Shown: positions 31,801 to 42,896 of the stretch, one piece after another
Position numbering within the stretch: the first letter of the stretch is position 1
How the letters are laid out: each line of letters opens with the position of its first letter
Made by a program: the position numbers and the translations under genes
Notes under the pieces: model-generated
The model's input: only the letters and a program-made list of their open reading frames with translations
The model's database searches: none
Told to the model about the DNA's origin: nothing
From: Gammaproteobacteria bacterium
Lineage (GTDB): Bacteria > Pseudomonadota > Gammaproteobacteria > GCA-002705445 > GCA-002716945
Assembly (NCBI GenBank): GCA_029246085.1
Contig: JAQWOB010000035.1
Coordinates: forward strand, 12,407-76,406
DNA: 64,000 nucleotides
Reading direction: 5' to 3'

Positions 31801-32976
31801 CTATGTTGTGTAAGCAGAATTAATATGAACATATTCATGGGACAAATCAGAAGTCAAAACTGTATGCGTATCTCTCCCAGAGTTCATATAAATATCTATG
31901 CTTATATTTTTCTTCATCATAGACTTATTGAGTTGCTTTAAATCACACTTTTTAGATTGTAAACCATTTTCAAATATTATTTTGTTATTAATTTTCAGAC
32001 TAATCTTATTTTGATCATAATGAATATTATTTATTGATCCTACTCTGGCAATAATTCTTCCCCAATTTGGGTCAGCCCCAAACATTGCAGTTTTAATTAA
32101 ATTAGAATTTGCTAAGCTGTAAGCTATTTTTTTAGCTTGCAATATATTGTATGATTTATGTACAGTTATTTTGATAACTTTTGTTGCTCCCTCTCCATCT
32201 TCAATTATCATTTTAGACAAATCATGGCATACATTTGTTACCTCATTTTCTAGTACTTTAAAAATCTTAGTATTAACACTAAGATTAAGCTCTTTATTCT
32301 CACCTGTTGAAATTAACATCACAGTATCATTTGTAGACATGTCACCATCAACTGAAATTGTATTAAATGAAGAGTTAACTGATTTTTTTAAGATTTTCAA
32401 TAAAAGTGATTTTTTCAGATTAACGTTTATCGATATAAATGACAACATTGTTGCCATATTAGGCTCAATCATTCCAGCGCCTTTACATATTGCATTTATT
32501 GTTATCTTGGTTTTGTTTAATAAAAAAGACCTAGTTATATATTTACTGAATTTATCAGTAGTCATAATAGTTGAGGCTGCCTGTTTCCAAGTAGATTTAA
32601 ATTTAAAATCATGGTCTTCTATAGATTTTATAATTTTATCAATTGGAAGCTGTCTGCCAATTATACCTGTTGAAGATAATAATATATTTTCTTTAAGACA
32701 ATTGAATTTCTTAGATATTGACTGTGTACATTTTATAGCATTTGACATCCCTGTTTTTCCAGTGCATGCATTAGCATTACCTGAGTTAACTAAAATATAC
32801 TTTGTATCAAATTTAGATGCATTATATTTAGATAAAATCACGGGTGCAGCTGCATACTTATTCTTAGTTGATACGACTGCAATTTTTGAAAGTTCTGGCA
32901 ATTTGAAACATACAGCATCTTTTTTCTTATCCTTAATACCTATATTAAGAATATCAATTAAAACTTTATTACTCAT
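31801..32976 (-). CDS. argJ: Bifunctional glutamate N-acetyltransferase / amino-acid acetyltransferase ArgJ
   Basis: 391 aa; autocatalytic ATML site (PNMATMLSFI); downstream of secA as in Pseudomonas. Confidence 0.85.
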   Translation of the reverse strand: MSNKVLIDILNIGIKDKKKDAVCFKLPELSKIAVVSTKNKYAAAPVILSKYNASKFDTKYILVNSGNANACTGKTGMSNAIKCTQSISKKFNCLKENILLSSTGIIGRQLPIDKIIKSIEDHDFKFKSTWKQAASTIMTTDKFSKYITRSFLLNKTKITINAICKGAGMIEPNMATMLSFISINVNLKKSLLLKILKKSVNSSFNTISVDGDMSTNDTVMLISTGENKELNLSVNTKIFKVLENEVTNVCHDLSKMIIEDGEGATKVIKITVHKSYNILQAKKIAYSLANSNLIKTAMFGADPNWGRIIARVGSINNIHYDQNKISLKINNKIIFENGLQSKKCDLKQLNKSMMKKNISIDIYMNSGRDTHTVLTSDLSHEYVHINSAYTT

Positions 32977-35546
32977 AATTTACCACAACACCTTTTATAT
33001 TTTTTACCAGAGCCGCATGGGCATAATGCATTTCTTGAAATATCAGCATTATTATCCATATTAGCATTCAAAGTCTTATCTTTTATCAGTTTATCTGAGA
33101 CATTCGAATTATTTACCTTAATTTTAGTTAAGATTTTAATAGTTTCAAGATTATTCACAGATAACATTTCTTCAAACATTTCAAATGATTCTCTTTTATA
33201 CTCATTTTTTGGATTTTTCTGAGCATAGCTTCTCAGCCCAATTCCTTGCCTTAGATAGTCCATGGCATTTAGATGATTTCTCCAGTCTTCATCAATTACA
33301 CTCAAAAATATATTTCTAACCAATTCGTTTTTATCTTCTTTAGATAAAATATCAAGATTAGACTGAATTGATGTAAAAATAATATTATGAATATAATTTC
33401 TAAAGGTTACTCTTCCTTCATGATCACCATTTTTAATAATCTCAGAACTTTTAATCTCAATAGCAAAATCACTTTTAAATAATTCATCAATTGCCTCATA
33501 ATCCCATTGAGATGATGGTATATCTAATGGAATGTAACTATTCATCAAATCCTCGCATGTAAAACTAAGAATATTGTTGTAAATAGATGATAAATCATCA
33601 GCTGATAAAATATCATTGCGCTGATTATAAATTACTTTTCTTTGCTCATTAGCGATATCATCATATTCAAGAAGCGTTTTTCTTATATCAAAATTATGTG
33701 CTTCAACTCGTTTCTGTGCGTTTTCAATTGAGCTAGAGACCCACTTATGCTCTATAGCTTCACCATCTTCCATGCCTAATTTTTTCATGATTTCGGTGAC
33801 TTTATCTGATGCAAATATTCTCATTAAACTATCTTCTAGTGATAAATAAAATCTAGATTCTCCTGGGTCTCCCTGTCTGCCTGAGCGCCCTCTTAATTGG
33901 TTATCAACACGTCTAGACTCATGTCTTTCTGTTCCAATGATATGCAGTCCTCCAATTTTTTTAACATCATCTGGATTATCAAGAGATGAACTGACTCCAT
34001 TATTTTCTATATCTTTACCGCCTAGAACAATATCTGTACCACGACCAGCCATATTAGTTGCTATTGTTACTGCAGATAACTTACCTGCTTGCGCTATTAT
34101 TTCTGCTTCCTTTTGATGTTGCTTAGCATTAAGAACATGATGTTTTATCTTTTTTACTTTTAAAAGTTTTGAAATATATTCCGATGATTCTATAGAGGTT
34201 GTTCCAACTAAAACAGGCTGCTTAGTATTATGTATATTTATTATATCTTTAATAATTGCCTCATATTTATCTTTGACAGTAAGAAATACTAAGTCAACGT
34301 GATCTTTTCTTATCATTTTTTTATGTGGCGGTATAACAATGACTTCTAAACCATATATTTGCTGAAATTCAGTTGCTTCCGTATCAGCAGTTCCTGTCAT
34401 ACCTGATAATTTATCAAATAATCTAAAATAATTTTGAAAGGTTATAGACGCATATGTTAAGTTTTCATTTTGTATTTTCACAGATTCTTTTGCTTCTACA
34501 GATTGATGAAGACCTTCTGACCACCTTCTTCCAGGCATTTTTCTGCCTGAAAACTCATCTATGATAACAATTTCATTATTTTCTACCACATAATCAATGT
34601 CTTTATGATACATTAAATTAGCTTTTAAACTTGCATCAACTAAATGTAGTAGTTGTATATTTTTAGGGTCGTATAAAGTTTCATTGTTCCCTAATAAATT
34701 ATTTTTTACAAAAGTATTTTCAATTTCTCCATGACCATCTTCTGTCAAAGAAACAGATTTTTGCTTCTCATCGATTGAGAATAGTTTATTATCTTTGTTC
34801 TTAGTTATCAGTGACTGCGTAACTTGATTAATTTTAAGATACAGATTACTTGATTCTTTTGCAGACCCTGATATCACTAATGGTGTTCTTGCCTCGTCTA
34901 TTAAAACAGAATCAACTTCATCAATAATTGCATAACTTAATTTACATTGCACTTTTTGACTTAACTCATAAGTCATATTGTCTCTCAAATAATCAAAACC
35001 AAACTCATTATTAGTTCCATATATAATATCAGATTCATATGCTTTCTTTCTTTCTTCTGGTGCTGAAGAGCTTGTAATAGTTCCAACTGATAACCCAAGA
35101 TAATTAAATATCTCACCCATCCATTCAGAATCTCTTACCGCTAGATAATCATTTACTGTAATAATAAAAACTGGTTGATCAGATAATGAGTTTAGATATG
35201 CGGGTAATGTAGAAACTAGCGTTTTACCCTCACCAGTTTTCATTTCAGCTATTTTACCAAAATGTAATCCAATTCCTCCTAAAATCTGCTCATCAAAATG
35301 TCTTAGACCCAAGGTTCTAATGGATGCTTCTCTAGTCAACGCAAATGCTTCGGGCAAAATGTTATCAAGATTATTACTTTCTCTGTACTTTTCTTTTAAT
35401 AATTTAGTTTCTACTTGAAAATCTGATTGAGTAAACTTCTGATACTTATCTTCTAATTCATTGATTTTTTTTACAAGAGGGGCGTATTCTTTAAGGATGC
35501 GACCATTTCTACTTCCAAAAAATTTTTTAATAAAACTAGATATCAT
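32973..35546 (-). CDS. secA: Preprotein translocase ATPase SecA
   Basis: 857 aa; DEAD-like motor domains and a C-terminal zinc finger CPCGSGKKYKRCCGK. Confidence 0.95.
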   Translation of the reverse strand: MISSFIKKFFGSRNGRILKEYAPLVKKINELEDKYQKFTQSDFQVETKLLKEKYRESNNLDNILPEAFALTREASIRTLGLRHFDEQILGGIGLHFGKIAEMKTGEGKTLVSTLPAYLNSLSDQPVFIITVNDYLAVRDSEWMGEIFNYLGLSVGTITSSSAPEERKKAYESDIIYGTNNEFGFDYLRDNMTYELSQKVQCKLSYAIIDEVDSVLIDEARTPLVISGSAKESSNLYLKINQVTQSLITKNKDNKLFSIDEKQKSVSLTEDGHGEIENTFVKNNLLGNNETLYDPKNIQLLHLVDASLKANLMYHKDIDYVVENNEIVIIDEFSGRKMPGRRWSEGLHQSVEAKESVKIQNENLTYASITFQNYFRLFDKLSGMTGTADTEATEFQQIYGLEVIVIPPHKKMIRKDHVDLVFLTVKDKYEAIIKDIINIHNTKQPVLVGTTSIESSEYISKLLKVKKIKHHVLNAKQHQKEAEIIAQAGKLSAVTIATNMAGRGTDIVLGGKDIENNGVSSSLDNPDDVKKIGGLHIIGTERHESRRVDNQLRGRSGRQGDPGESRFYLSLEDSLMRIFASDKVTEIMKKLGMEDGEAIEHKWVSSSIENAQKRVEAHNFDIRKTLLEYDDIANEQRKVIYNQRNDILSADDLSSIYNNILSFTCEDLMNSYIPLDIPSSQWDYEAIDELFKSDFAIEIKSSEIIKNGDHEGRVTFRNYIHNIIFTSIQSNLDILSKEDKNELVRNIFLSVIDEDWRNHLNAMDYLRQGIGLRSYAQKNPKNEYKRESFEMFEEMLSVNNLETIKILTKIKVNNSNVSDKLIKDKTLNANMDNNADISRNALCPCGSGKKYKRCCGKL

Positions 35547-35606
35547 AATATTTTATATAAATTTGCATGTAATGAGTTAATTATCGTACAATCATTATAA
35601 TAGATT

Positions 35607-35882
35607 ATGAAAAAAATATCGTCATTCATACCTGTGCATGTTATCAATAAGAATGACTTAATCAAAGGCTTAACTTCTTATATTTCAAATGTCTTTCCAA
35701 AGGATGTGCTTAATAATATAGAAGTAGGCTCTATTAAAGATAATGTGCTTATAATCAGCTGCAAAAATAGTTCAGTTGCAACACTTATGCGGTTCGAAAA
35801 ACAGAGATTTATTGATTTATTGCGTGGCAACAATATTTGTAAAATTGATGATATTAAAGTGACTATTATTAATTATGACTGA
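35607..35882 (+). CDS. DUF721 (DciA-like) protein
   Basis: 91 aa, on the opposite strand between secA and lpxC. This is the position occupied by a DUF721 gene in Pseudomonas and many gammaproteobacteria. Confidence 0.5.
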   Translation: MKKISSFIPVHVINKNDLIKGLTSYISNVFPKDVLNNIEVGSIKDNVLIISCKNSSVATLMRFEKQRFIDLLRGNNICKIDDIKVTIINYD

Positions 35883-36790
35883 ATAATATGAGGTTCAGGC
35901 GTACTATAAAATATTGGAGACTTTTCATTATCTTCAATGGTTGCTTCTTCCCAGGCATCTACATTATTAACTAATTCTCTTAATAAGAGGTTGTTCAAAT
36001 GGTGTCCAGACTTATAAGCAGAAAAAGAGCCAATTAATCCATGTCCTAATAAATATAAATCACCAATCGCATCTAATATTTTATGTTTAACGAATTCATC
36101 TTGAAAACGAACTCCTTCTTCGTTTATAACCTTGTAGTCATCAATCACTATTGCATTATTAACACTTCCACCTAATGCTAGATTATTTTTACGTAATAAC
36201 TCAATATCTTTGGCAAAACCAAATGTTCTAGCACGGCTTACTTGACTTAAGTACGACACAGAAGAAAAATCTATTTCAGACGACTGCGAGCTTTCACTGA
36301 ATGCTGGATGGTTAAAATCAATTGTAAAGGCTACTTTGAATCCATCAAAAGGTTCAATTTTTGCCCATTTTTCATCTTGTCTCACTTCAATTTTTTTCTT
36401 GATCCTAATGAACTTCTTGGTATCATCTTGTTCTTGGATACCAGCAGATTGAATCATAAATACAAATGGTCTTGCGCTACCATCCATTATTGGTACTTCT
36501 GGACCATCGAGTTCTATTAGAGCATTATCTATCCCTAGACCCGCTAGAGCAGAAAGTAAATGTTCAACTGTTGATATTTTAGCAGTTTTATTTGATAAAG
36601 TTGTAGAGAGTCTAGTGTCATATACATTCTCTAGAGACGCCTTGATTGGGTCAGACTTAAGATCTGTTCTTACAAAAGCAATCCCTGCATTTACTGGTGC
36701 TGGTTTTAAAGTTAGAGTTATTTTTTTCCCAGTATGAAGCCCGACTCCTGAGGCCTTTATTTTACTGGACAATGTTCTTTGTTTAAGCAT
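35873..36790 (-). CDS. lpxC: UDP-3-O-acyl-N-acetylglucosamine deacetylase
   Basis: 305 aa; [24 protein letters not shown]-terminus and conserved HH motif (KSGHHLNN). Confidence 0.9.
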   Translation of the reverse strand: MLKQRTLSSKIKASGVGLHTGKKITLTLKPAPVNAGIAFVRTDLKSDPIKASLENVYDTRLSTTLSNKTAKISTVEHLLSALAGLGIDNALIELDGPEVPIMDGSARPFVFMIQSAGIQEQDDTKKFIRIKKKIEVRQDEKWAKIEPFDGFKVAFTIDFNHPAFSESSQSSEIDFSSVSYLSQVSRARTFGFAKDIELLRKNNLALGGSVNNAIVIDDYKVINEEGVRFQDEFVKHKILDAIGDLYLLGHGLIGSFSAYKSGHHLNNLLLRELVNNVDAWEEATIEDNEKSPIFYSTPEPHIIQS

Positions 36791-36885
36791 ATATTTAGTA
36801 TGTATATTATAGTAATTCTTAATAAATGTTAAGTAATTTCAAGCATTTTAGAACTAATTATATTAGTTTAGACAAAATATTTATA

Positions 36886-38136
36886 TTAAAGTTCCCGCTG
36901 AAAATACACTGCGAATTTTTTCCAAACTACTTCAAAATATCTTAGAAATGGATTTTCAGATTTTTGTCTATGAGGCATCTCACTAAGCTTTTCATCTTTA
37001 TACAATAATAACCCGACAGCTGTTGCATATCTTGTTTTTCCGCTCAAGTTTTGTATTCCAGTTATTTCTTTTGGACTGCCTATCCTTGTTGGCATCAGTA
37101 ATTTATTTTCAGCATATGCATCTAGGCCATTTAGCTTGCAACCTCCGCCAGTAAAAACAATACCAGCCCTAATTTTTGATACCCACCCACTAGAGTTAAT
37201 TTCCTCTTCTATTTGTTGGAATATCTCATCCACTCTACAAGTAATCATATGTGTAAGAATTGGTTTATTAACTTCAGATGCAGGTTTATCAGAAATTGAT
37301 GGTACTGGTATATTCACCGCAGTATCATTTGTCTCATTAATTAAACTACCATACTTCTGTTTTATATCTTCAGCTGCTTCAAATGAAGTACGTAATCCTA
37401 TTTGAATATCCTTGGTGACCATTTGGCCAGCAAGAGGGATTACAGCAGTATGCTTTATATCGCCATCAGTAAAGATAGCAATATCTGTAGTTCCTCCACC
37501 AATATCTACAAGACATACACCTAAAGATTTTTCTTCATCTGTTAAAACTGAATAACTAGAAGCTACCGGCTGCAATACAAATTCATCAACTTCTAAAAAA
37601 CTATTTTCTATACATTTTGTTAAATTTTTCTTAGCAGTTGTTGAACATGTAATAACATGGACATTTGCTTCCAATCTTTTACCTGCCATTCCAATTGGCT
37701 CTTTTATGCCCATTTGTCCATCTATGGTAAAATATTGAGGTATTCTATGAAGAATTTCTTGATCAGCAGGTATGCTAATATCACTTGCACTTGCTATAAC
37801 CTTATCTTTATCTTCTTGCGTGACTTCATCATTTAGAATATTAATAGCTGCATTACCATTATAACTTTGAATATGATTCCCGGCAATACCGGTAATTACT
37901 TTGGTAAATTTACAATTTGTCATGGCTCTAGCCTGATCTTTTGCTTTGCGAATACTTCTCACGGTTGCATCAATTTCAGAAATAACACCTTTATTTAGGC
38001 CATTACATGACTCTTGACCGATGCCCACTAACCTTAACTCTCCATCTTCATCATAGTCAGCAACTAAACATAAAACTTTAGTAGTTCCTATATCAAGAGC
38101 AACGATAAATTCATCTTTAATTGTAGTATTTGCCAT
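36886..38136 (-). CDS. ftsA: Cell division protein FtsA
   Basis: 416 aa actin-fold protein (ALDIGTTKV, DIGGGTTDIAIF). Confidence 0.9.
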   Translation of the reverse strand: MANTTIKDEFIVALDIGTTKVLCLVADYDEDGELRLVGIGQESCNGLNKGVISEIDATVRSIRKAKDQARAMTNCKFTKVITGIAGNHIQSYNGNAAINILNDEVTQEDKDKVIASASDISIPADQEILHRIPQYFTIDGQMGIKEPIGMAGKRLEANVHVITCSTTAKKNLTKCIENSFLEVDEFVLQPVASSYSVLTDEEKSLGVCLVDIGGGTTDIAIFTDGDIKHTAVIPLAGQMVTKDIQIGLRTSFEAAEDIKQKYGSLINETNDTAVNIPVPSISDKPASEVNKPILTHMITCRVDEIFQQIEEEINSSGWVSKIRAGIVFTGGGCKLNGLDAYAENKLLMPTRIGSPKEITGIQNLSGKTRYATAVGLLLYKDEKLSEMPHRQKSENPFLRYFEVVWKKFAVYFQREL

Positions 38137-38154
38137 ACTCTATAATATCATTTT

Positions 38155-38817
38155 TTACTGTACAGCAAAACCTGTAGGGTATCTTAAATCAATATTCTTT
38201 CTGATTTTTCCAGACTTTTGAGTTAATAAAAACTGCTCATATACAGACAAAAACTCTTTCATCTTTGATTCATAATCACTATGACGCACCAAAAATCTAT
38301 ATTTTGAAGTTAGTATAATAATCATTTCGTGATTTTTAGATAATTTAATAATATTAATATCAATCTCAGACAGCATTCTTTCAAGGTTTAAATATAAATT
38401 ATGCATGAAAACTTCATCATCTTGATCGCTAGATATCTCTAAAATATTTTTAATGGGGTGTCTCCCACTTTCAATAGAAAACCCTTCTTCATCTACATAT
38501 GATATATTATTCCATAAAAACATAGGCTTGAACTCAGATATCTTAACAATAATTTTATGTGGAGGATTTAATATGATTTGCGCGTTTCTTATCCAAGGAT
38601 CTTCTTCTATTTCATTCTTTAGCTTTCGTAAGTCAATTCGGTAAATTTCTTTAGAAATATACTCTTTTAAAATATCATCTATTCTAGATTGATTACTATG
38701 CTCAAATGTTCCTTCTTTAAAAATATGTTTTACAGGATTTGCGCCAAAAAAAAGAGGATAATTATATGCACCAATAAATAATAAAAACAAGCCAAAAAAG
38801 ATAAGAGTTCTTTTCAT
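38155..38817 (-). CDS. ftsQ: Cell division protein FtsQ (short form)
   Basis: 220 aa; N-terminal TM then POTRA-like domain; between ddl and ftsA. Confidence 0.7.
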   Translation of the reverse strand: MKRTLIFFGLFLLFIGAYNYPLFFGANPVKHIFKEGTFEHSNQSRIDDILKEYISKEIYRIDLRKLKNEIEEDPWIRNAQIILNPPHKIIVKISEFKPMFLWNNISYVDEEGFSIESGRHPIKNILEISSDQDDEVFMHNLYLNLERMLSEIDINIIKLSKNHEMIIILTSKYRFLVRHSDYESKMKEFLSVYEQFLLTQKSGKIRKNIDLRYPTGFAVQ

Positions 38818-38818
38818 A

Positions 38819-39754
38819 TTAATACTCTAAAAGTAATAAAAGTAATTGATCATATGAAAAGCCATTCTCTTTTGCAGACTTAGGAACTAAACTATGATCA
38901 GTCATTCCTGGTATAGAGTTAATCTCAATTAAATTAATTGATGAATCTTTATCCATAAAGAAATCAACACGCCCCCAGTTAGAACATCCCATGCTATTAA
39001 AGGCCTTCATGCAAATTAAATTAATATTTTCACGGACATCTTCTGAAAACTCAGGAAATGAAAAAATAGTATCATTATCTAAATACTTAGCTTCATAATT
39101 ATAAAACTCTCTCTTTGTTTCTATTTTAATTATTGGAAAAACTTCATTATTGATAATAGGAGCAGTATATTCTGGAGCAGTAATAAATTCTTCAATAAAA
39201 TACTCATGTGCATTGGCGCTATTAAGGGAAAGTTTTTTTAATATATCAGTGCAGCTAGATGAATAAAAATTAGCGCTATCAAATATTTTTATACCTACGC
39301 TTGACCCAGATTCACATGGTTTTAAAATAAATTTTTCATCAAACATTTCCTTTATATCTTTTGAAGAAATATTATCAGATAATTTTAAATAATTTGGTGT
39401 TTTTAATTTATTTCTTAACCAAATTTCTTTGGTATGAACCTTATTGAATGAAAGTTTTGAAGACTTTGAGTTTGAGCCAACATATTTAATAGATAACCTG
39501 TCTAAATAACTTTGTACTAGACCATCTTCACCACCAGACCCATGAATTAAGTTTAGCACAAGGTCTATATTATTAGATTTAATAAATTTAGAAAGTAAAT
39601 CAATATCATCATATTGAAAATCAAAAATAAAAGTATTTAAATTATTGCCTAGGAGTGATTCGTGAGCAGATTTACCGCTATCTAAAGATACTGGTCTTTC
39701 ATCAGACCAACCACCACATAATACTCCAATATTTTTTCCAGATAACTTATTCAT
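38819..39754 (-). CDS. ddl: D-alanine--D-alanine ligase
   Basis: 311 aa ATP-grasp protein (VLCGGWSDERPVSL, LIEINSIPGMT). Confidence 0.85.
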   Translation of the reverse strand: MNKLSGKNIGVLCGGWSDERPVSLDSGKSAHESLLGNNLNTFIFDFQYDDIDLLSKFIKSNNIDLVLNLIHGSGGEDGLVQSYLDRLSIKYVGSNSKSSKLSFNKVHTKEIWLRNKLKTPNYLKLSDNISSKDIKEMFDEKFILKPCESGSSVGIKIFDSANFYSSSCTDILKKLSLNSANAHEYFIEEFITAPEYTAPIINNEVFPIIKIETKREFYNYEAKYLDNDTIFSFPEFSEDVRENINLICMKAFNSMGCSNWGRVDFFMDKDSSINLIEINSIPGMTDHSLVPKSAKENGFSYDQLLLLLLEY

Positions 39755-40616
39755 TACTATTTGAGTATATACAAATCTCTCTGGTTAAAGAGATATTATA
39801 TTTATTTTTAATTAATTTTGAAACATATTTGATTAGCTGAATGAGATCTTTACATGAACCACTTCCATCATTAATAAAATAATTACAATGTTTTTTTGAT
39901 ATATATATACCGCCAATTTTTCTTTTTTGAATATCAAGAGAATCAATAAGTGAGCTTGCTGGAGTATTCTTTGAGGGATTCTTGAAGATACAGCCTGACG
40001 ACCATTGTCTTACAGGTTGAGTAATGCTTCTATGCTTGGAATATTCCTTAAGAAGATTTACATCAAATACCTTTCTTTTATTTATAACTAATAATGCATC
40101 TAAAAATAATAAAATATTATTTTTATCAACACTACGATAAGAAGTTTTAACTTTTTTATATGAAATATTCGTTATATCGCCTATGCTATTAACGACATTA
40201 ACAGAATCAACAGAATTCCATATTGATTGTTTAAATGCACCAGCATTCATTGCTAATGCTCCACCAATTGTTCCTGGTATTCCATGAAGAAACTCAAAGC
40301 CAGCTATAGACTTCTTATGGCAAAACTTTGCGAGTCTCGCACATGATATGCTGGCAGAAACAGATATATATTTATTATCAATGATGGAAATATGCCTATT
40401 ATGATATTTACTTAAAGAAATAATATCAGACTTATATCCATTATCTGAAAATGCAATATTTGAGCCTTTACCGATAACCAGTGTTTTTGGCAATAATAAT
40501 ATTTTTTTCAATCTAGATATATCTTCCAGAGATTCTGGAAGATATATTTTATTTGAATTTCCACCAATGCGAATTGTTGTAAAACTTTTTAGGGCTATAT
40601 TTTTTTGTATTATCAT
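39747..40616 (-). CDS. murB: UDP-N-acetylenolpyruvoylglucosamine reductase
   Basis: 289 aa; FAD-binding GIPGTIGGALAMNAGA. It sits in the slot that murC occupies in E. coli-type dcw clusters. Confidence 0.85.
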   Translation of the reverse strand: MIIQKNIALKSFTTIRIGGNSNKIYLPESLEDISRLKKILLLPKTLVIGKGSNIAFSDNGYKSDIISLSKYHNRHISIIDNKYISVSASISCARLAKFCHKKSIAGFEFLHGIPGTIGGALAMNAGAFKQSIWNSVDSVNVVNSIGDITNISYKKVKTSYRSVDKNNILLFLDALLVINKRKVFDVNLLKEYSKHRSITQPVRQWSSGCIFKNPSKNTPASSLIDSLDIQKRKIGGIYISKKHCNYFINDGSGSCKDLIQLIKYVSKLIKNKYNISLTREICIYSNSNE

Positions 40617-40619
40617 AGT

Positions 40620-41693
40620 TTATCTAATTAGTTTCAAAGAATCTTCCATAATAATATTTATAGCATTTGACGGAAATATATTTTGTATATTTTTTGATAA
40701 CATATACATCCGCTTTTGATCATTTAAGAGAATGTTGGCAATAGTGACAAAATTCTCAATAAAATCTATTTTTTCTTCTAACAAAATAGCAGCAGAATTC
40801 TTAGCTAGATGGCTAGCATTAAAAAATTGGTGGTTATCTGTTGCATGAGGAAACGGAACTAACAAGGCTGCTATTCCTATTTTTGATAGTTCAGATATAG
40901 ATGTCGAACCAGCTCTACATATCACTAAATCTGCCCAATCATATAACTCCTCGATTTTTTCAGAATATGCCAACACAGTTGCATCTATAGAATATTTTAA
41001 ATATTTATTTTGTACCAACTCCGCATGATTAGGGCCACTAATATGTTTTATGGAGATATTAATACTATGAAAGTGAGAAAAAGCAAAAGGCATTGTATTA
41101 TTTAAAAATTCTGCACCTTGGCTACCTCCCATAACTAAAATATTGATACAAGGATTATTATCGATATATTTTTCTTCAGGTTTCTTTACTTTATCAAATG
41201 ATGTTCTAACAGGATTACCCGTATGTATTATTTTTTTACTATTTTTTTTAAAACTTAAAGGAAATGTTTCATAAACACGTTTAGCAAAATAATAATTAAT
41301 TTTATTAGCTGTACCAGCTATTGAATTTTGTTCATGAACTACCATTGGTATTGATGATAGAAAAGAAGTTATAGAGGCTCCAACACTAACATAGCCTCCA
41401 AATCCAATTACCAGAGATGGCTTATATTTTTTAAGCAGCATAAATGATTCATATATGGATTTTAAAAAATTAAATAGGCCTAATATTTTTTTCAGTGATG
41501 ATTTCCCTCGTATCCCTTGGGAACTTACATGTTCGATAATTACTGATGAATTATTTACTACTTTATTTTCAAGACCATTTTTAGTTCCAATCCATAAAAT
41601 CTTATAACCAAGCTTTATATATTCTTGCGCAATAGTATATGCAGGATATACATGTCCACCAGTGCCGCTAGCTAGAATTGCAATTATTTTCAT
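40620..41693 (-). CDS. murG: UDP-GlcNAc:lipid I GlcNAc transferase MurG
   Basis: 357 aa GT28 protein (IIAILASGTGGHVYPA). Confidence 0.9.
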   Translation of the reverse strand: MKIIAILASGTGGHVYPAYTIAQEYIKLGYKILWIGTKNGLENKVVNNSSVIIEHVSSQGIRGKSSLKKILGLFNFLKSIYESFMLLKKYKPSLVIGFGGYVSVGASITSFLSSIPMVVHEQNSIAGTANKINYYFAKRVYETFPLSFKKNSKKIIHTGNPVRTSFDKVKKPEEKYIDNNPCINILVMGGSQGAEFLNNTMPFAFSHFHSINISIKHISGPNHAELVQNKYLKYSIDATVLAYSEKIEELYDWADLVICRAGSTSISELSKIGIAALLVPFPHATDNHQFFNASHLAKNSAAILLEEKIDFIENFVTIANILLNDQKRMYMLSKNIQNIFPSNAINIIMEDSLKLIR

Positions 41694-41699
41694 ATTAAA

Positions 41700-42896
41700 T
41701 TAATACCCTCTTTTAACAGCATGACTAATTTTCTGGCGATTTTCAATTTGTATTCTAATCAATAGACCAATAAAAATAAACATCATTAAAAGATTGGTTC
41801 CTCCATAACTAATAAACGGTAATCCCATCCCCTTAGTTGGAGCCAAACCTGTATTAACCATTATATGTATTAAAGCCTGATAAGTAATAAAAAAACCTAA
41901 TGTAAAACTTAAATTTCCTGCAAATATAAGATTATTATCATATGATTTATTAGCAAGCCTGACAATTCTAAACAAAATAATACCAAATAAGATAAGTACA
42001 ATTAAAGAAAAAAATAGCCCAAGTTCTTCAGCAATTAAAGCAAATATAAAATCATTATATGACTCAGGTAAATAGCTAAGTTTCTGAACACTAGAGCCTA
42101 ACCCTAAACCAAAAAATCCTCCTTTTCCAAATGCTAAGAGTGATGCTATAAGTTGGTAACCACCCCCGGACTGATCATCCCAAGGATTCATAAAAGATAT
42201 GATTCTCCTAAATCTATATGGCTCATAGAGTATCAATGGGACAGCTGTTAGAAAAGCCAGTGATATATAAGAAAATAAATATTTTAAATGTGCCCCAGCT
42301 ACTAACATTAAAGAAAAAAATGTAAAAACAAGTAGCGCTGTACTACCAAAATCTTTCTGATAAAGAATAATTAAAGATAATGCAACAATCATGAATAGGC
42401 ATTTATTAAAACTCTTGGTTACATCATGTTTGACAATAAATCCAGAAATCCAAAACATCACAAATAATCTTGACACTTCAGAAACCTGTATAGTTATAAA
42501 ACCTAAGTCAAGCCATCTTTTTGCTCCATTTATTTCTTTTCCTAACCCAGGGATAAATATTATCAATGAAATAATAAAAGAAAATAATAAAAAATATTTT
42601 CCATAATCATAATAAAAACTTAGTTTAATTTTAGAAATTATTGCTGAAAGAACTATTCCCATGGATAAATAGATTAAATGTTTAGTAATAAAATAATAAG
42701 GGTTTGATTTCTGATCTAATGCATAATCAAGTGTAGCTGAAGTAATCATTATCATTCCTATAGATAATAAAGCAACAAAGCATATGATTAAGGTATGATC
42801 TATGCCTTGGCTTTCACTAATTAATATATTCTTTTTAATAAAATCACTTAACAATGTTCTGAACCGCAGAAATAAATGCAGCACCTCTTTCTTCAT
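41700..42896 (-). CDS. ftsW: Peptidoglycan polymerase FtsW (SEDS family)
   Basis: SEDS multi-TM protein. Start placed at MKKEV (42896); the ORF track's 42950 start would overlap murD by 107 nt. Even the chosen start overlaps murD by about 50 nt. Confidence 0.8.
   Translation of the reverse strand: MKKEVLHLFLRFRTLLSDFIKKNILISESQGIDHTLIICFVALLSIGMIMITSATLDYALDQKSNPYYFITKHLIYLSMGIVLSAIISKIKLSFYYDYGKYFLLFSFIISLIIFIPGLGKEINGAKRWLDLGFITIQVSEVSRLFVMFWISGFIVKHDVTKSFNKCLFMIVALSLIILYQKDFGSTALLVFTFFSLMLVAGAHLKYLFSYISLAFLTAVPLILYEPYRFRRIISFMNPWDDQSGGGYQLIASLLAFGKGGFFGLGLGSSVQKLSYLPESYNDFIFALIAEELGLFFSLIVLILFGIILFRIVRLANKSYDNNLIFAGNLSFTLGFFITYQALIHIMVNTGLAPTKGMGLPFISYGGTNLLMMFIFIGLLIRIQIENRQKISHAVKRGY

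Noticed and set aside
32147-33064. 305-aa plus-strand ORF antisense to argJ/secA, and many other 60-120 aa antisense ORFs in the track (e.g. 2202-2561, 3806-4123, 6167-6433, 17017-17286, 23524-24684 series, 46173-46397)
   Set aside because: They lie entirely inside well-supported genes on the opposite strand. Their translations are low-complexity and hydrophobic, as expected from reading AT-rich coding DNA in antisense. No start-context or motif support.
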